Shown here: positions 1-12,410 of the stretch, piece after piece
How positions within the stretch are numbered: position 1 is the first letter of the stretch
Layout of the letters: every line of letters begins with the position of its first letter
Origin: Macrostomum hystrix
Lineage: Eukaryota; Animalia; Platyhelminthes
Assembly: GCA_950097015.1 (NCBI GenBank)
Contig: CATNEN010000025.1
Coordinates: 2,294,001-2,358,000 of the forward strand
Length of the DNA stretch: 64,000 bases
Direction of reading: 5' to 3'
Position numbers and translations under genes: made by a program
Notes under the pieces: generated by a model
Told to the model about the DNA's origin: nothing
The model's database searches: none
The model's input: the letters and a program-made list of their open reading frames with translations, nothing else

Positions 1-395
1 ATTCTGGATCTCCAATCCTAGCTCATCATCTTTAATCTAGGATTCTGGATCTCCAATCCTAGCTCATCATCTTCAATCTAGGATTCTGGATCTCCAATCC
101 TAGCTCATCATCTTCAATCTAGGATTCTGGATCTCCAATCCTAGCTCATCATCTTCAATCTGGGATTCTGGGTCTCCAATCCCAGCTCATCATCTTCAAT
201 CTAGGATTCTGGGTCTCGAATCCAAGCTCACTATCTTCAATCTAGGATTCTGGGTCTCCAATCTCAGTTCATCATCTTCAATCTAGGATTCTGGGTCTCC
301 AATCCTAGCTCATCATCTTCAATCTAGGATTCTGGGTCTCCAATCCTAGCTCACCATCTTCAATCTAGGATTCTGGGTCTCGAGTGCTCACTCAG
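1..395. repeat. 41-bp tandem minisatellite in tankyrase intron
   Basis: Unit ATTCTGGATCTCCAATCCTAGCTCATCATCTTCAATCTAGG repeated about 9-10 times from the window start; lies downstream (minus strand) of the tankyrase donor at 429. Confidence 0.95.
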
Positions 396-429
396 CATCT
401 TCAATCGTTGTCTATGAGACAAGACTCAC

Positions 430-1069
430 CTGTGAGCACAAGTCGCACCTCGCCTTCTGCTAAATCTAGCGGCGTCCGACCATCGTTGTTGTGCGCTGTC
501 GGATCGGCTTTGCGCTGAAGCAGCAGCAGGCAGGCCTCCAGCTTGCCCTTGGCCGCAGCCTCGTGCAACGGCGTGTAGCCCCAGTTGTCCTTCAGGTTCG
601 GATCGGCGCCTGAGTCCAACAGTAGGAGCACAACATCGCAGTGGCCGAAGGAGCAGGCATTGTGCAGCGGCACCAATCCGCCCTCGTCGCGGGCATTGAC
701 CGGGGCGCCGCTCTGCAACAGCGCGGCAGCCACTTCGTGCCTACCGAAACCGGCGGCAAAGTGAAGCGGCGTGCTACCCTGGCCGTTGGGATCGCGCAAT
801 AAGGTGCTCTGGTGAGCCAGGGCCAGCAGCCGCCTGACGCGAACTAGGTCGCCAGATCGGCAAGCCTCGAATAAATCAGTCGATGACGCGACGTCTGGTG
901 CTGGCGTGGACGGTGCAGAAGTAGGCAGCAGCTGCTGCTGGAGCTGAGGCAACGTTAGTAGCGGACATGGAGACTCATTTAACAGCTCCAACGACGATTG
1001 CTGCTGCGGCGAGTGGGAATCGTTGCAGGGGGTGGCGCCACCCGATACAGTGCGCGCGCCACTAGGCAT
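430..1069 (-). CDS. TNKS: Tankyrase (PARP5), first coding exon with the first ankyrin-repeat cluster; gene continues beyond the left edge
   Basis: GSTPLHFAAGFGR...ARDEGGLVPLHNACSFGH...DNWGYTPLHEAAAKGK...DGRTPLDLA...VLTGE matches the tankyrase ARC1 sequence. Likely ATG at 1069 (MPSGA), acceptor TTTTTCTGCAG at 1088-1087, donor CAG|GTGAGT at 430/429. Confidence 0.9.
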
Positions 1070-4000
1070 GGCGCAGCACAAATGGGCTGCAGAAAAAAAT
1101 GAGATATTCTTTACCAATATGAATGAAAGCTGTATCTAATTTGGCACTAAAAGTGACCTCGAAATAGCAAAATAAGTATTAATCAGTTTTGTCACTCTTA
1201 GACAACAACTTAAATGTGCAATTTTAGAAGTTGAAATACATATCATTGCATTACATATTAGCTAGCTACCACAATAAAATAAGATAGAAACACTTGCCTA
1301 AATTTAAATCTTAGCTAATACAAAGTAACAGGCTTATAAATATCTATTTAAACTATAAAGTTTACTATAAAGAAAAGGCAAATTAAGTGTCTTAGTCTAC
1401 TTAACAAGTCAATTATTTATTTGCATTAAACACTAAACCCCCTTTACTAATACAAAAAAATCATGCATTGTCTTATATCAAAATGTTTTGACAATAAAGC
1501 AGCAATAAAGTTTTACTTATGACAAAAAACAAAAAATTGCTTGTAAATAAAAGCATTTCAAAGTAAAGCTATAAAGGTATTGCCTACAAAGCCCCTATTG
1601 GAATAAAGATAGAAAACTTGTGGACGTGTACTTGTACATGTACTTAAGAAAAAATGCAAGTCATTTTATCCAACTTTAGCATTGTAATGTGATGAAAATT
1701 CTAGCAGATACATAGAACTGTTTTGTTAATTCTAGCAGTTAGTTGTTATTTTATGGCCTATGCTTTCCTATGCACTTATTTTTTCCTGTAGAATCGATAG
1801 GAAAGCAGTACAAAATAAAAACACCAATGCTATGTATGCTGTGTAGCTACTTAGCACATACCAAACTGCACTTTACACAACTCCCAAAAAGGCACACTAG
1901 ACACAGCCAAGACTATCTGCAGATTGTCAACTTTTTTCTAATAAGGTCCAAAGCTATAAATACCCATACCAAAATGAAGAGCTACCCATTAGCAATTAAG
2001 CAATACATAATTAAACTACAAAGGCTCTAAAACAAGATGTACAAAGTATTGAGTCATTGAAAATTATATATATACAATTTTTTATACATAGTTCATTATC
2101 ATGAAGCAAGGATAGGATTTAAATTGCCCTACAAATTAACAAATTAGGTAACAGTCAATAAACAAAAAATATGTAAAAAATGTAGTATCCCTTGTATCTC
2201 TAAAGGTTGGAGAAAAAAAGAACTGGCACAATCCTATCATTATTGTGTCTGTAAATGGGGTATTTCTGGACATGAAGCTAAGCTGGACTAATTTTTCTTT
2301 ATGAATGCAGCTTTAAATCTTTTAGGTTTCGTAGACTAGACTACGCCTTAAATTGACTAAATGAACTAGATTCTCGACTACTAATCTACTATATTATACT
2401 TAATTTTAAACTGACTCACTTCCCTAGCACATCTTTAATTAAAAATGCTTAATGCAACAATGTATGTTGCATGTGTACAATTAAAATTAAGAATACACTC
2501 TTATTTTCATACGTACAAAAGTTAATTTACGTATTCGATTTAGCTTATTCAGAATTTCTGAATTCATTTTTATTTTGAATGCTCATTAATATTTTTCGCG
2601 ATTCCAGGAATATTTAGGAAATATTATAACAAACTGTAGACATATTCTACACATAAACCAACATGAATCAAAGTATTTAGTTGTTTTTCGTTCTAGTATT
2701 ATAAAAATTTGATAACCAACGATTTGATTTGATTTAATCTTTGAAAAAAAAGACCAACTCTAAGTCAAAAGCAAGTTCACTTGACTGCGATAGTGCAATG
2801 GTTGTTGAAGGCAATACTTTTCAGTAATTTAGGTAAACTTAGTTATTACTTAAATGTCAATTTATTTAATAACTCTCATTTAGTTAGGTTACGTCTTTTA
2901 GTGTCTATCACTGCGAATAATTGACTGGTGAGAAACGCTTGACCTGGGCGGGTTTCGTGACAGCGACTTTCTAGTTGCGAATAAATGCACAACCTATACA
3001 GTTATCAGGTTTAACATACAGATGTCACGAAATTGACCGTCGTTCATCCTTCCGTCTATCCATTTTCGTAATTAACATCCATCAATAGTTAAGACACCAC
3101 GCGACGTGGCGCAACTAACTATACTGAATTGTTGGACTCATTTTGATGTTACGAGATGTTTAGCCTCGTGTATAGAATTCCGGGTATTTTTAACTGCAGA
3201 CAGTCCACAACAAAGGAATAGGAGCATGGTGTGTTCGTTTTTATATGTAACGTACCCACCCAACCCATGCTTTTAGTTTTGTAGAACCGTTAAAAATTAT
3301 GCTAACTCCTTTCATTACTCCAACATTGAAATTGAAATCATTGAAAACAAGGTTTCAGTAAGAAAGCGGAATGACATTTTTTCAATTGGAGATAGAGTAC
3401 GAACAAACGAAACTCGCTGATTTTGTCCATACAACTGAAATACAGTGGATTTTTACAGCATTCCTTAACGAACTGTTGCTGAATTTAGTATTTTACAAAT
3501 TCTATTTTTTCCAGTCCAAGCATGGATTGTGGACAATGGGATTGTGGACAGTGGAAACAAAAGATGGGCAGATTTTTTGTACACGGAAATCTTTTTACAA
3601 TAAAAGATCGCCTTTGCGGTGTAAGTAGTAAACTGTAGCTTTATAATACTAATGTCAATTATTTACTAGAGAGTAATTTTACTGTATCAAAAGTCCAGAA
3701 ACAAAGTGCCAAATGGTGTATTAGTGGGTGCAGTGGAACTAGGAAAAGCAAGCGAGATATGCTTGCGAAAATCGAATCATAGCAAAGTTTAGATCAGAGG
3801 CTAAAAGGTGAATGAGGCATCGATAGCGCCCGTATCGATTAATATCGCGCATACTGAACACAAACGCACACAAGCACATGCACACCAATGAGAGGGCGAT
3901 ATTTTTTATAATATTGCACACCTAATGAAGAAGGGTAAACCTGTAGTTTTTTATTTTAATTAGCGTTATGCTACAATATGTCCGGTAATATTGTAATAAA

Positions 4001-4355
4001 GCTAGCAATGTTCTTTACCTTTTTATAAGCTAACGCCAATTTATATTAAAAAGGGCTTCTACACTACGATGCAGGAAAATTCTTAATAATGTCAGGCTTT
4101 GCTAACAATGAGCAAAATAAATTTTAAGCCCAACTAAAATAAATGTAAGAGACGACAGAACTATTACGAGGTGGGATTTTAAATTTAACAAGAAACAGCA
4201 TAAAAAGAGAATTGAGAGAACTCGCATTTGTTGTCACTTTTCCAAAGTGATAATCTTCGTTAATACAACGAATAATCGAATAGAATGTTTTAATGGAAAA
4301 AGTTCATCAAACAGCTGATTGAAAATATCGTTTGATAAGACAACCCGGCTGTGCG

Positions 4356-7084
4356 TTAGGCTGTAGCGGCGGAAGCTTCAGCAGCAGCTGCCGTTGAAGG
4401 TGGTGCAACTTCGCCAAAAGTCGCGTCTGCGTTGATTTCTTGTAGCTGGTGCCGAGGTCGCTTTTCGCTAGGTGGTGCCGAATCGCACGAGTTGCTCTCG
4501 GCGCCGCTATCTGCAGCGCCATCGTTGTCGGCATCAGGCCGCCGTTTTGTCGGTCCGATGCGCTCCGACAAAGGCGACGCCGCAGCATCAGTAGTACCGC
4601 CGGCATCGTCCCCAACACCGCCATTCACAGTGGCTGTCTGATCGTCAGCGACATCTGAGACCTCATCTGGCGGCGGGACTTCTTCTGGCGACGCGTCAGG
4701 CTCAGATGACTCGGCAGGTCCGTCGGCAGTCGGAATCCTTCGCGGTTGCTGCAACTTTCTACCGCATTTTTCACGCCGTCTGCGCGCTTCTAACAGTTCA
4801 AGAATGGCGGCTGGCTTGCCACCACCGCTAGCACTGCCGGTAGCAGTTGGCGCAGCAGATGCGGGAACCTCAGGTTGATCCGACTGCTTGCCAGCCGCTA
4901 CTTTATTCTCGGATTCAATGCTGCTATTATTATTCTTATTATTGTTCTCAGCGTCGTCGTCATCGTCGTCACTCAGAACGACCACCATTTCTGGCACAAC
5001 CTGCGCCGGCTGACTAGGACGCGACACGGACGTTGCCTGACGCTGCTGCGATTGGCGCTGCTGCGATTGCTGGACAACCTGGGCATGCGAATGGTAGCGC
5101 GACACAACCGGCACTGACGACTGAATCAATTGCTGGGTCGGCCCGGCGGATCTGGTTTGCGAAGTATGCAGGCCCGACTGCTGCATTTGCCGATCTGCTG
5201 TTGCGCCAACCGAGGATCCGGTCAAATCGATGACAGACGAATCGACAGCGCCAAACCTGGCGCCAGTCCTGTTGCCAGTCTTGCGCATCATATGCTTGTC
5301 CTCCTCGGCTATGAGGCTGCGTAGCTTACCCAAACGTAGGAATAGGTGCATTCTGTAGGCGCTCTTGAAGCGCGCTACAACCTGGGTCTTGTCCGCAAGA
5401 GTGGACGCACCATTGAAGTCCTGCATGAAGCGACTGTACTGGCGCATCATGCCCTGCAGCAGTGAGACTGTGGCGTTTAGTGCCGTGCCGATGCTACGCA
5501 CATCAACCGACTCAATGTCGGCCAGAATGTTCTCAATGCGCACATTCTGCTTATACCATTGCTCGGTGCGCTGGGTTACACTGGCTTGATTACCCATCAC
5601 AGCTACGCCGGGCGCGACATGTTGCTGCTGCTGCTGCTGCTGCTGCAACTGTCGGCGCTGCTGAAGTTGCAACTGCTGCAACTGTTGCCGATTTTGCTGC
5701 AAATTCGGCTGGTTCTGCTGCTGTACCAGCTGACGGTGAGGCTGCAGCGGCTGTTGAACCGATGGCGCCCGGCTAGTAATCTTTGGCACGGCGCTCAAAT
5801 CAAGCTGCATGCCACCAATGGAAGCACTGTTAGACAAGCCCACGCCGCCGCGAACACTGCTGTAGGCGATGGTGGGTGTCGCAGCGGCTACTAGAACTGG
5901 TCCGGGCCGGATCTGTTGCAGCTGAGGAAGCGGCAGCGGCTGCAGTTGCGGCTGCGCTTGCATTACCGGAGTTGAAATCGGCGCGGCGACGGCCTTCTTT
6001 GCTTGAGCAACTTTATGCTTCTCGGAGCGCTTGTTGACCTCCTGGAGTAAGCCGAATAAAAAAGTTAATACTTTTTAAATTAATTTCTTTATTCTGTAAT
6101 GGTGCAAATAGTATTATAATCAAATAAAATAACTATTGCCAGAGTACTGGAAACGCAATATACCTGAAAGTGATCCTTGACAGCCTTGATGACAATCGTA
6201 GCCTCCTCCTGCAGATGCCGCAGAGAGCTTTGATCGCAGGCAAAACAAAGCCAAACAGAATCGTCCGGTAAGCTTTCAATTTCTTGCAGAGCGCTTCTAC
6301 CTAGATTGCGCTTGATGCAGGTGCGACAAAACGAATGCTCGCAATTATCGCAGCAGATCAGCGAGCCGCCCTCGCCGCACCAGCGGCACTGGTTCTCCTT
6401 GCCCTGCTCGTCCGAGTCGAAATGACCGGAGGCGTAGAATTTGTAGCACTTGTGGCAAACCAGCACCTTCAGCAGCGGATGGACCTGCGTGACAAGATGG
6501 AGAACATTAAAGTTTGCAAGTGTAATTAGTTTGTGATTCGCTCTGGATTATCATGCCCTCTAGTATGCGTGGCTTCAATCTCTCCTCACTTATCTTACCT
6601 CCGCGAAGCCAATAAAATGCTTTATAGGCTTCTTTACTGTTCCTAGCCAATATAGACTACTTGCGTCTACTGATATCATATCAATCTTTGAAATACAAAA
6701 ATAAGCAGTGCTACTTACATCCATAGTGCCGTTGTAGGGATTAACTTTTTTTCCGCAGGCCGTACATTTCACAGTGTCATAGATTCCAGGCGCGGAGCAT
6801 CTGGCGGCGCCAGATGAGGCCTGGTCGAAGCAGCCGACGTGGCCGCTGTCGCCAGTTTCGGTGACCGCTTCCGGCTGCACAACAACAGTGCCATCTTCGA
6901 GCTGCTGTTGGCCTTGGCCATTAATAATCGTGGCCGCGGTGATAATAGACATTATTGGAGTGTCCGACGGAGGGCCAGATTCCGGCGACTGGGGCATAAC
7001 AATAGATAATCCGTTAGCCGAAGGTTGTCCTTCATCGTCGCTATCGTTGGCTACGCGGCGGATAGCGCTTTGCTTGGTTCGCAT
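4356..7084 (-). CDS. ATRX-type ADD-domain protein, 790 aa, 3 exons, no helicase domain
   Basis: Exons 7084-6719, 6484-6164 and 6041-4356, all GT-AG and phase 0. Splicing rebuilds CTACGKKVNPYNGTMDVHPLLKVLVCHKCYKFY...QCRWCGEGGSLICCDNCEHSFCRTCIKRNLGR...WLCFAC, the GATA-like plus PHD-like ADD fold of ATRX. The rest is Q-rich/disordered and ends at TAA 4358-4356. Confidence 0.88.
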
Positions 7085-10000
7085 GATTAACTACTTCTGA
7101 GTAAGATGAGCTGCGTTCACTTATCGCTGCAGGTTATCGCTAATGTTATCTTTGGCTCCAATCGTTTTTGCACAGTCTAGTCGTTTACGGATTCTCCTTT
7201 TAGCGAGGTTGGTTGCTGCAAAATAAGGCAGGCGTGAAACACTGCCGACTATGACACACTCAACTTGGTTAAATAGAAGACTCGGCGTAAATGTACAACA
7301 GGGGAAGAGGAACGGTGGCTGTGCTTGTGATTGGACAAAAATAATTGAGGTGGGCTAGTAGAAAAAATGCAGAAGCAAATGACAGGGAAGACCGCGTTTG
7401 GTTACTGAAGAATTGAGGGTGGAAAAATATAGAGATTTTTGCGCGGGCCACAGTGGTAAGAGGGGACAGGAAAGGAAAACCTCTCCAGTGTTCAGTAGAA
7501 TAGCAAGCAAGCACAGAAAGCCTGCCCCTTTTCTACCCCCCACTATCTTTTGCGAAGGTTATGGGGGCAGTCCCACCCACTCATGCCTACCCTAGCTTGG
7601 TCATGTGACTTGCAACCTGCAAGCCCACCCCACACGGAGCGCGAGAAGCGCTTGCACACTGTACATTTTTAACTCTCTCCCCTTATTCAAGTCAGCGCGA
7701 CACATTCATTCCCTCTTCAAGCGCCCTTTCGTCCTAAACGTTCCGGACCAGTCAAAACCAATGAATGTACATCGCACACGCGCTGATCACGCGCTAATCA
7801 CGCGCTGATCACGCGCTGGCCGTGTGATAGAGAGACAGATTGGACGCCTAGAAGGCCGAACGGAGGGAAAGACAGAAAGAGTGGGTTTAAGATTGGTAAA
7901 GAGCTAGGGTTTTACGCACAGGGTTTATACGCAGGTCCACCCCAGCCGGAAAAAACCGGTTTTGTATTCGGAGCAGCAAGCAATCCAATCCAATCCAATC
8001 CAGCAATCCAAGCAATAAGGGAAATAAACGTCAAAGAAAGTGTACTATGTACTTCATACATACAACGAATAAAGCCAAAAAATACGCGGTAAAAATGATA
8101 TGTAATTATTTTTTTCGCATAAATTAGGAAGGGCGGTAAATTATGACGCACTTTTTAGCTATCGAAATCCAAGAAACCAGTAATGAGTTTTTTTGTTACC
8201 AAGTTATGCCTAATATAGAAAAATGCTTACATGGTCCGTATAAAATAATAACTAAAATATAGGCGAAAGTGAGCTTGTCGATAGTTACTTTGTAATTGAA
8301 AAATAAAACCACATGCTAATCAAAATCTAATAAAACTAGTCCGTACTCACTTTAGATTTTGAGAAGACAACCTGGGACGGGGAGAAGATCAATACAAATA
8401 TTTCTGCAACTACAACTTACCTGCAAAAAACTTAGTTTTCGAGTACTTCATACGATTCGCAGGTCCAAGATATGGAAGTTTGGATGCTGAAAGACTAGAT
8501 CAGTTGCTTAACTTGATTGCCTTGCTATGCCCGTACAAACAAAGATTCAGAAATCCCGAAGTCATGCTGAACTATTTACTACTCGCTCTAAATTGGTATT
8601 GCTAATTAACCCTAAATACATATCTCAGACCTAATAATTTAAACTAAGTTTTTAGGGAAAAGTAAAAGAAAAAAACGAAGATATTAAAATTGCAAGACAT
8701 CTCTTCCAAGGACACAATCACACAATGGTCCTTGTTCCACGAGCGTTTATCTACATAAAACACAGACAGATAAGAGAGACGGAACAGAAGTAGGGTGGCT
8801 TAATGTTTTTCTCGGTCCCTCACTCTAACAGTCAATACGCTAGCACATTTGGTTCGTTTGTTGCCGAGCGCGGTTCTGAGTCCTGACAAGGCGACAGAAA
8901 CTGCCAAGTTTCTAACTAATCCTTCAAAATAATTCAGCTTGAAAAATCGAATAAAGAGAAAGGTGTTTTAGCTATCGAGTACGTAAGTAACGCGATGCGA
9001 CTGACTGATGTCGGTATTGAAAGCATGCGCAACAGATAGCAAAAATCAGGACTAGCGCTCGACTCTCACTTTGGTGTTAAAGGGCACGCTGATCAACCAA
9101 ATCGATTTGCCCACCAGGAAAGGGATACGGCGGCTTAAAAAGCTTAAACAATGGTTAGAGCAAAACAAAAAGAAAATCAGAGAGAAAGATATACAAAGTA
9201 ATTTTTATCACATTCACGCTCGATAAGAAGCTGAGCGCTGATAAAAAAAACCACGACCTAATGAAATACGGGCAAAGAGAGAAGCTTTACAAGCCTTTCA
9301 AAATCGTTTATAGTGATAACTAACTTTAAATATATACACAGAGACACACAAACAATACAAGAATACAGCCAGCTCAAAGATAAGCCAATAGATAGGTCAA
9401 GCAAGGTGTGCACTACTACTAACTCTTATTAGAAGGAGTTTTCTTATATATTTGGGTTAATCAAAAATTTATATAAAGAATTAATTGAATCTTTTTAATT
9501 ACTTAAGGCTGACGTTTACAGGTAACTTCCCAGGGCGAAAAAAATAAATATCAGCAAATGTAAAAAGTCCATGAAAAAAACTATTATAAGCCGACTCGGA
9601 CAGGACCATTGAAGTGAATAACTAACTAATTTGCACAAGAGAAGATTCTACACACTATCATATACAGGCAAACACTGGCGAGAAAATCAGACACCCAACT
9701 ACTTAATCATCAGAAGCAATGAATGAATAAATGAAAATAAATAGTTATATTATTGATGAAAACCACGGTGATACCTAAAGCTGTTTGCATTGACTTGGAC
9801 TTGATTCTGCTGCACACTCAAGAAGTCAGGTGACGCATAGATGATCACGCGATCATGATTTAGAAGGCCAGATAACAAGACCCTATATGAATTTGAACCA
9901 TCATGCAAGCAATAGATGATAAGTATTTGAGTTAATTGTCCCCTTTATGACCAACAGTGCACATTTAGTTTTAAGAAAGCCATTATCAGATCTTAATTAT

Positions 10001-10803
10001 TGCAAATCCTGCTTTCAGGTTATCTAAAAACTGTTTTGTGATTATTCCTGGATCCCGAGATTATTATTATGATTAAGCTGCAATGAAATTATCATTGTGC
10101 TAGTTCGTCTGGTTCTTTGCAAAAAAGGGGCATTGGTTGCCTGCTGGGGGGACATTGGCTGCCTGCTTTTGTAAATAATTTGTTAAAACGTACCACATTG
10201 TTACAACGTCAAGGTCCAAATTATATGCTGCCGTTCAAAAGTTTGCAAATGAGGTCTATTGGTGATGCCTTCAATGGGCTGAAAATAGGAAGCCTTGGCA
10301 GCGCTTAAAAGTGCAATCGATTGTCCCCTAAATATATTTGGTTGGATCTCCACCCCAACGGGGGAGTTAGGTGCTAATTACCAAATACATTAACCGCTTG
10401 TGATGACCCTACAATGAAATGATTTTGCTTGATGAAAGAAAATCTAAAATGTAAGGCCTGGAAAGCATTAGTAGAAAAAATGAAGATGTTTTCATTATTA
10501 AATCAAAACATGCAAGCACTAAAAATATCTGTTTTGATTGCCTGAATAAGCATTTCTTATCTAATCAAAGAATGTCTTTTGGGGGAGGCAAAAATGTACT
10601 TCTCATGTACGTTTTAACTCGTACAATAATACAACTAAACGATCCATCAAATGTCCCAAGATCTTTAGCGAAGTTAAGTGAGATGTATTCACCACCTGAA
10701 AATAAAGAAACACAAAGAGTATAGTAATGACATTATTTTAATTTTGACATAAATTTTTGGGTACGTAATTCATCACTCGGGGCATTGCTAATTTCTTGAC
10801 TTT

Positions 10804-12410
10804 CTACGACGGTTGCTCCTGCGGTTGCGGCTGCTGCTGCTGCTGCTGATCTAGGTTAATCCTGTGCACGTGAATCTGACCAGTCTGCCTGGGTGGCCTC
10901 TGCGACCAAGAGGCGAAGAAGGCGGCAAAGAACAGTAGCGTGACGGCACCCAAAGCCATTGTGGACATGAAGTTAAAGTAGGCCTTATAGCAGACTCGGC
11001 AGTACCAGATGATACCTAGAATGCCGCCAAACAATGGAAACATGTAGCTACCAATGTCGCCCTGGCCTTCAAGGGGTCCGCCGGATTCGCCATCGGCCGC
11101 AGCGCCGACTCCAGCAGCGGCACCACCGGCATCATCGGCACTTGGACTTCGTTCAGTGATAAGGCAGTGAATTGTGGCCTCCTCTGGTATAGCATAGCTA
11201 GCCAAAGTGCAGTTGACACCCTCTTTCAGTTCCCGACCATTGTAGATTAAGCGAATGTTCATATTGCGCGATAGCTCCACTTGGAAGTGCTTGCTGGATT
11301 GGTTGTTAAGTAAGGTTAAGTATGAAGTTAGCAACATTAATGCGTGTAAATACAAATGGCAACTAAATAACCTTGCTAAACGCAACGACATGTTTTTGTT
11401 TCAAAAACTGTTGAAAAAGACATTAATTCCTCTTTTCATCGCAAAACACATGCACTAAGGAGCTGAACAAACCGTTTGAAATTCGCGATAGACTCAGTTG
11501 GCAAAGCGACGACAGTTCGCAGGTCGTCATTGAAGTATTTTAATCGGAGCAATAGACTACCCGGCGGCCGACTCGATGAGACGGCTGGAGTCGCAGCCAC
11601 AGGCGGAGGGGCTGATGCCGATGAGTCGGTAACGACAGTAACGGTAGCGGACGTTGGCGCCGAAGCTTCGACAACGGAAGAAGTGGCTTCAGTGTCGCCT
11701 ACGCTGCTAGGGGCAAAGCCAGCGGCGGTGCCAGATGAAGAAGTTGATGCAGTGCTCACTCCGGCAGACGTATCTGAACCACCTGCATTTGGCTGGGCCA
11801 GCAAACAATTGAAGTACTTCAGTCGACGATTGCGCAATTCAGAATCGTTCTTAGCCTCCATGACTTGGGTGTACTCGTTCAGTACATCTTCGACGCGTTC
11901 GCGCATCTCCTGATCGAGATCGCCGTCCGATTCCAACACGTCGACATCGTAGGCGGCCAAGTCACCAGGCGAAGCGGAGGTGGCACCAGCTGCAGTGGCG
12001 GCAACCGTTGTATCTACAGCGTCTACTACACTGGGAGCAGGGTTGGCAGGCGTTATGGGCGTCTCCGTGACAGCATCCGGCGTTGAAATGACGCCGGTAG
12101 AAGCGTCACCTGATGACGACGGAACAGGAGCAGGACCGACCAACACAGGTGGCACTACAGGAGCAACTAATGGCTGCTGCTGCTGTGGCGGCTGCACTTC
12201 GCCAGGCCTGTTGCGACCAAAATTTTCAAACACAAAGACCGCTATCGGTCGCATATCCTGTGGCACGTAGGTGGACAGCCAGGCCGCAACCAGAATGAGG
12301 CCGGCCAGCAGAATGAATACGCATACAACAACTTCGGAGCCGATGCCTTCTAGTAGGCTGCCGCCGACTGCTGACGCTATTGTGGCTGGAGCCCCGGCCG
12401 GGTCTGACAT
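10804..12410 (-). CDS. TMUB: Transmembrane and ubiquitin-like domain protein (TMUB1/2-like), 2 exons, about 475 aa
   Basis: Exons 12410-11473 and 11293-10804 (phase 2). N-terminal LEGIGSEVVV...LVAAWLSTYV TM segment, UBL domain (LRLKYFNDD...IRLIYNGRELK...TIHCLI) and two C-terminal TM helices (FPLFGGILGIIWY..., MALGAVTLLFF). Confidence 0.85.

Noticed and set aside
401-7084. Functional linkage of tankyrase, the ADD protein and nearby G4 arrays as a telomere-maintenance cluster
   Set aside because: Adjacency alone is not evidence in an animal genome, and no RxxPDG-type tankyrase-binding motif was found in the ADD protein.
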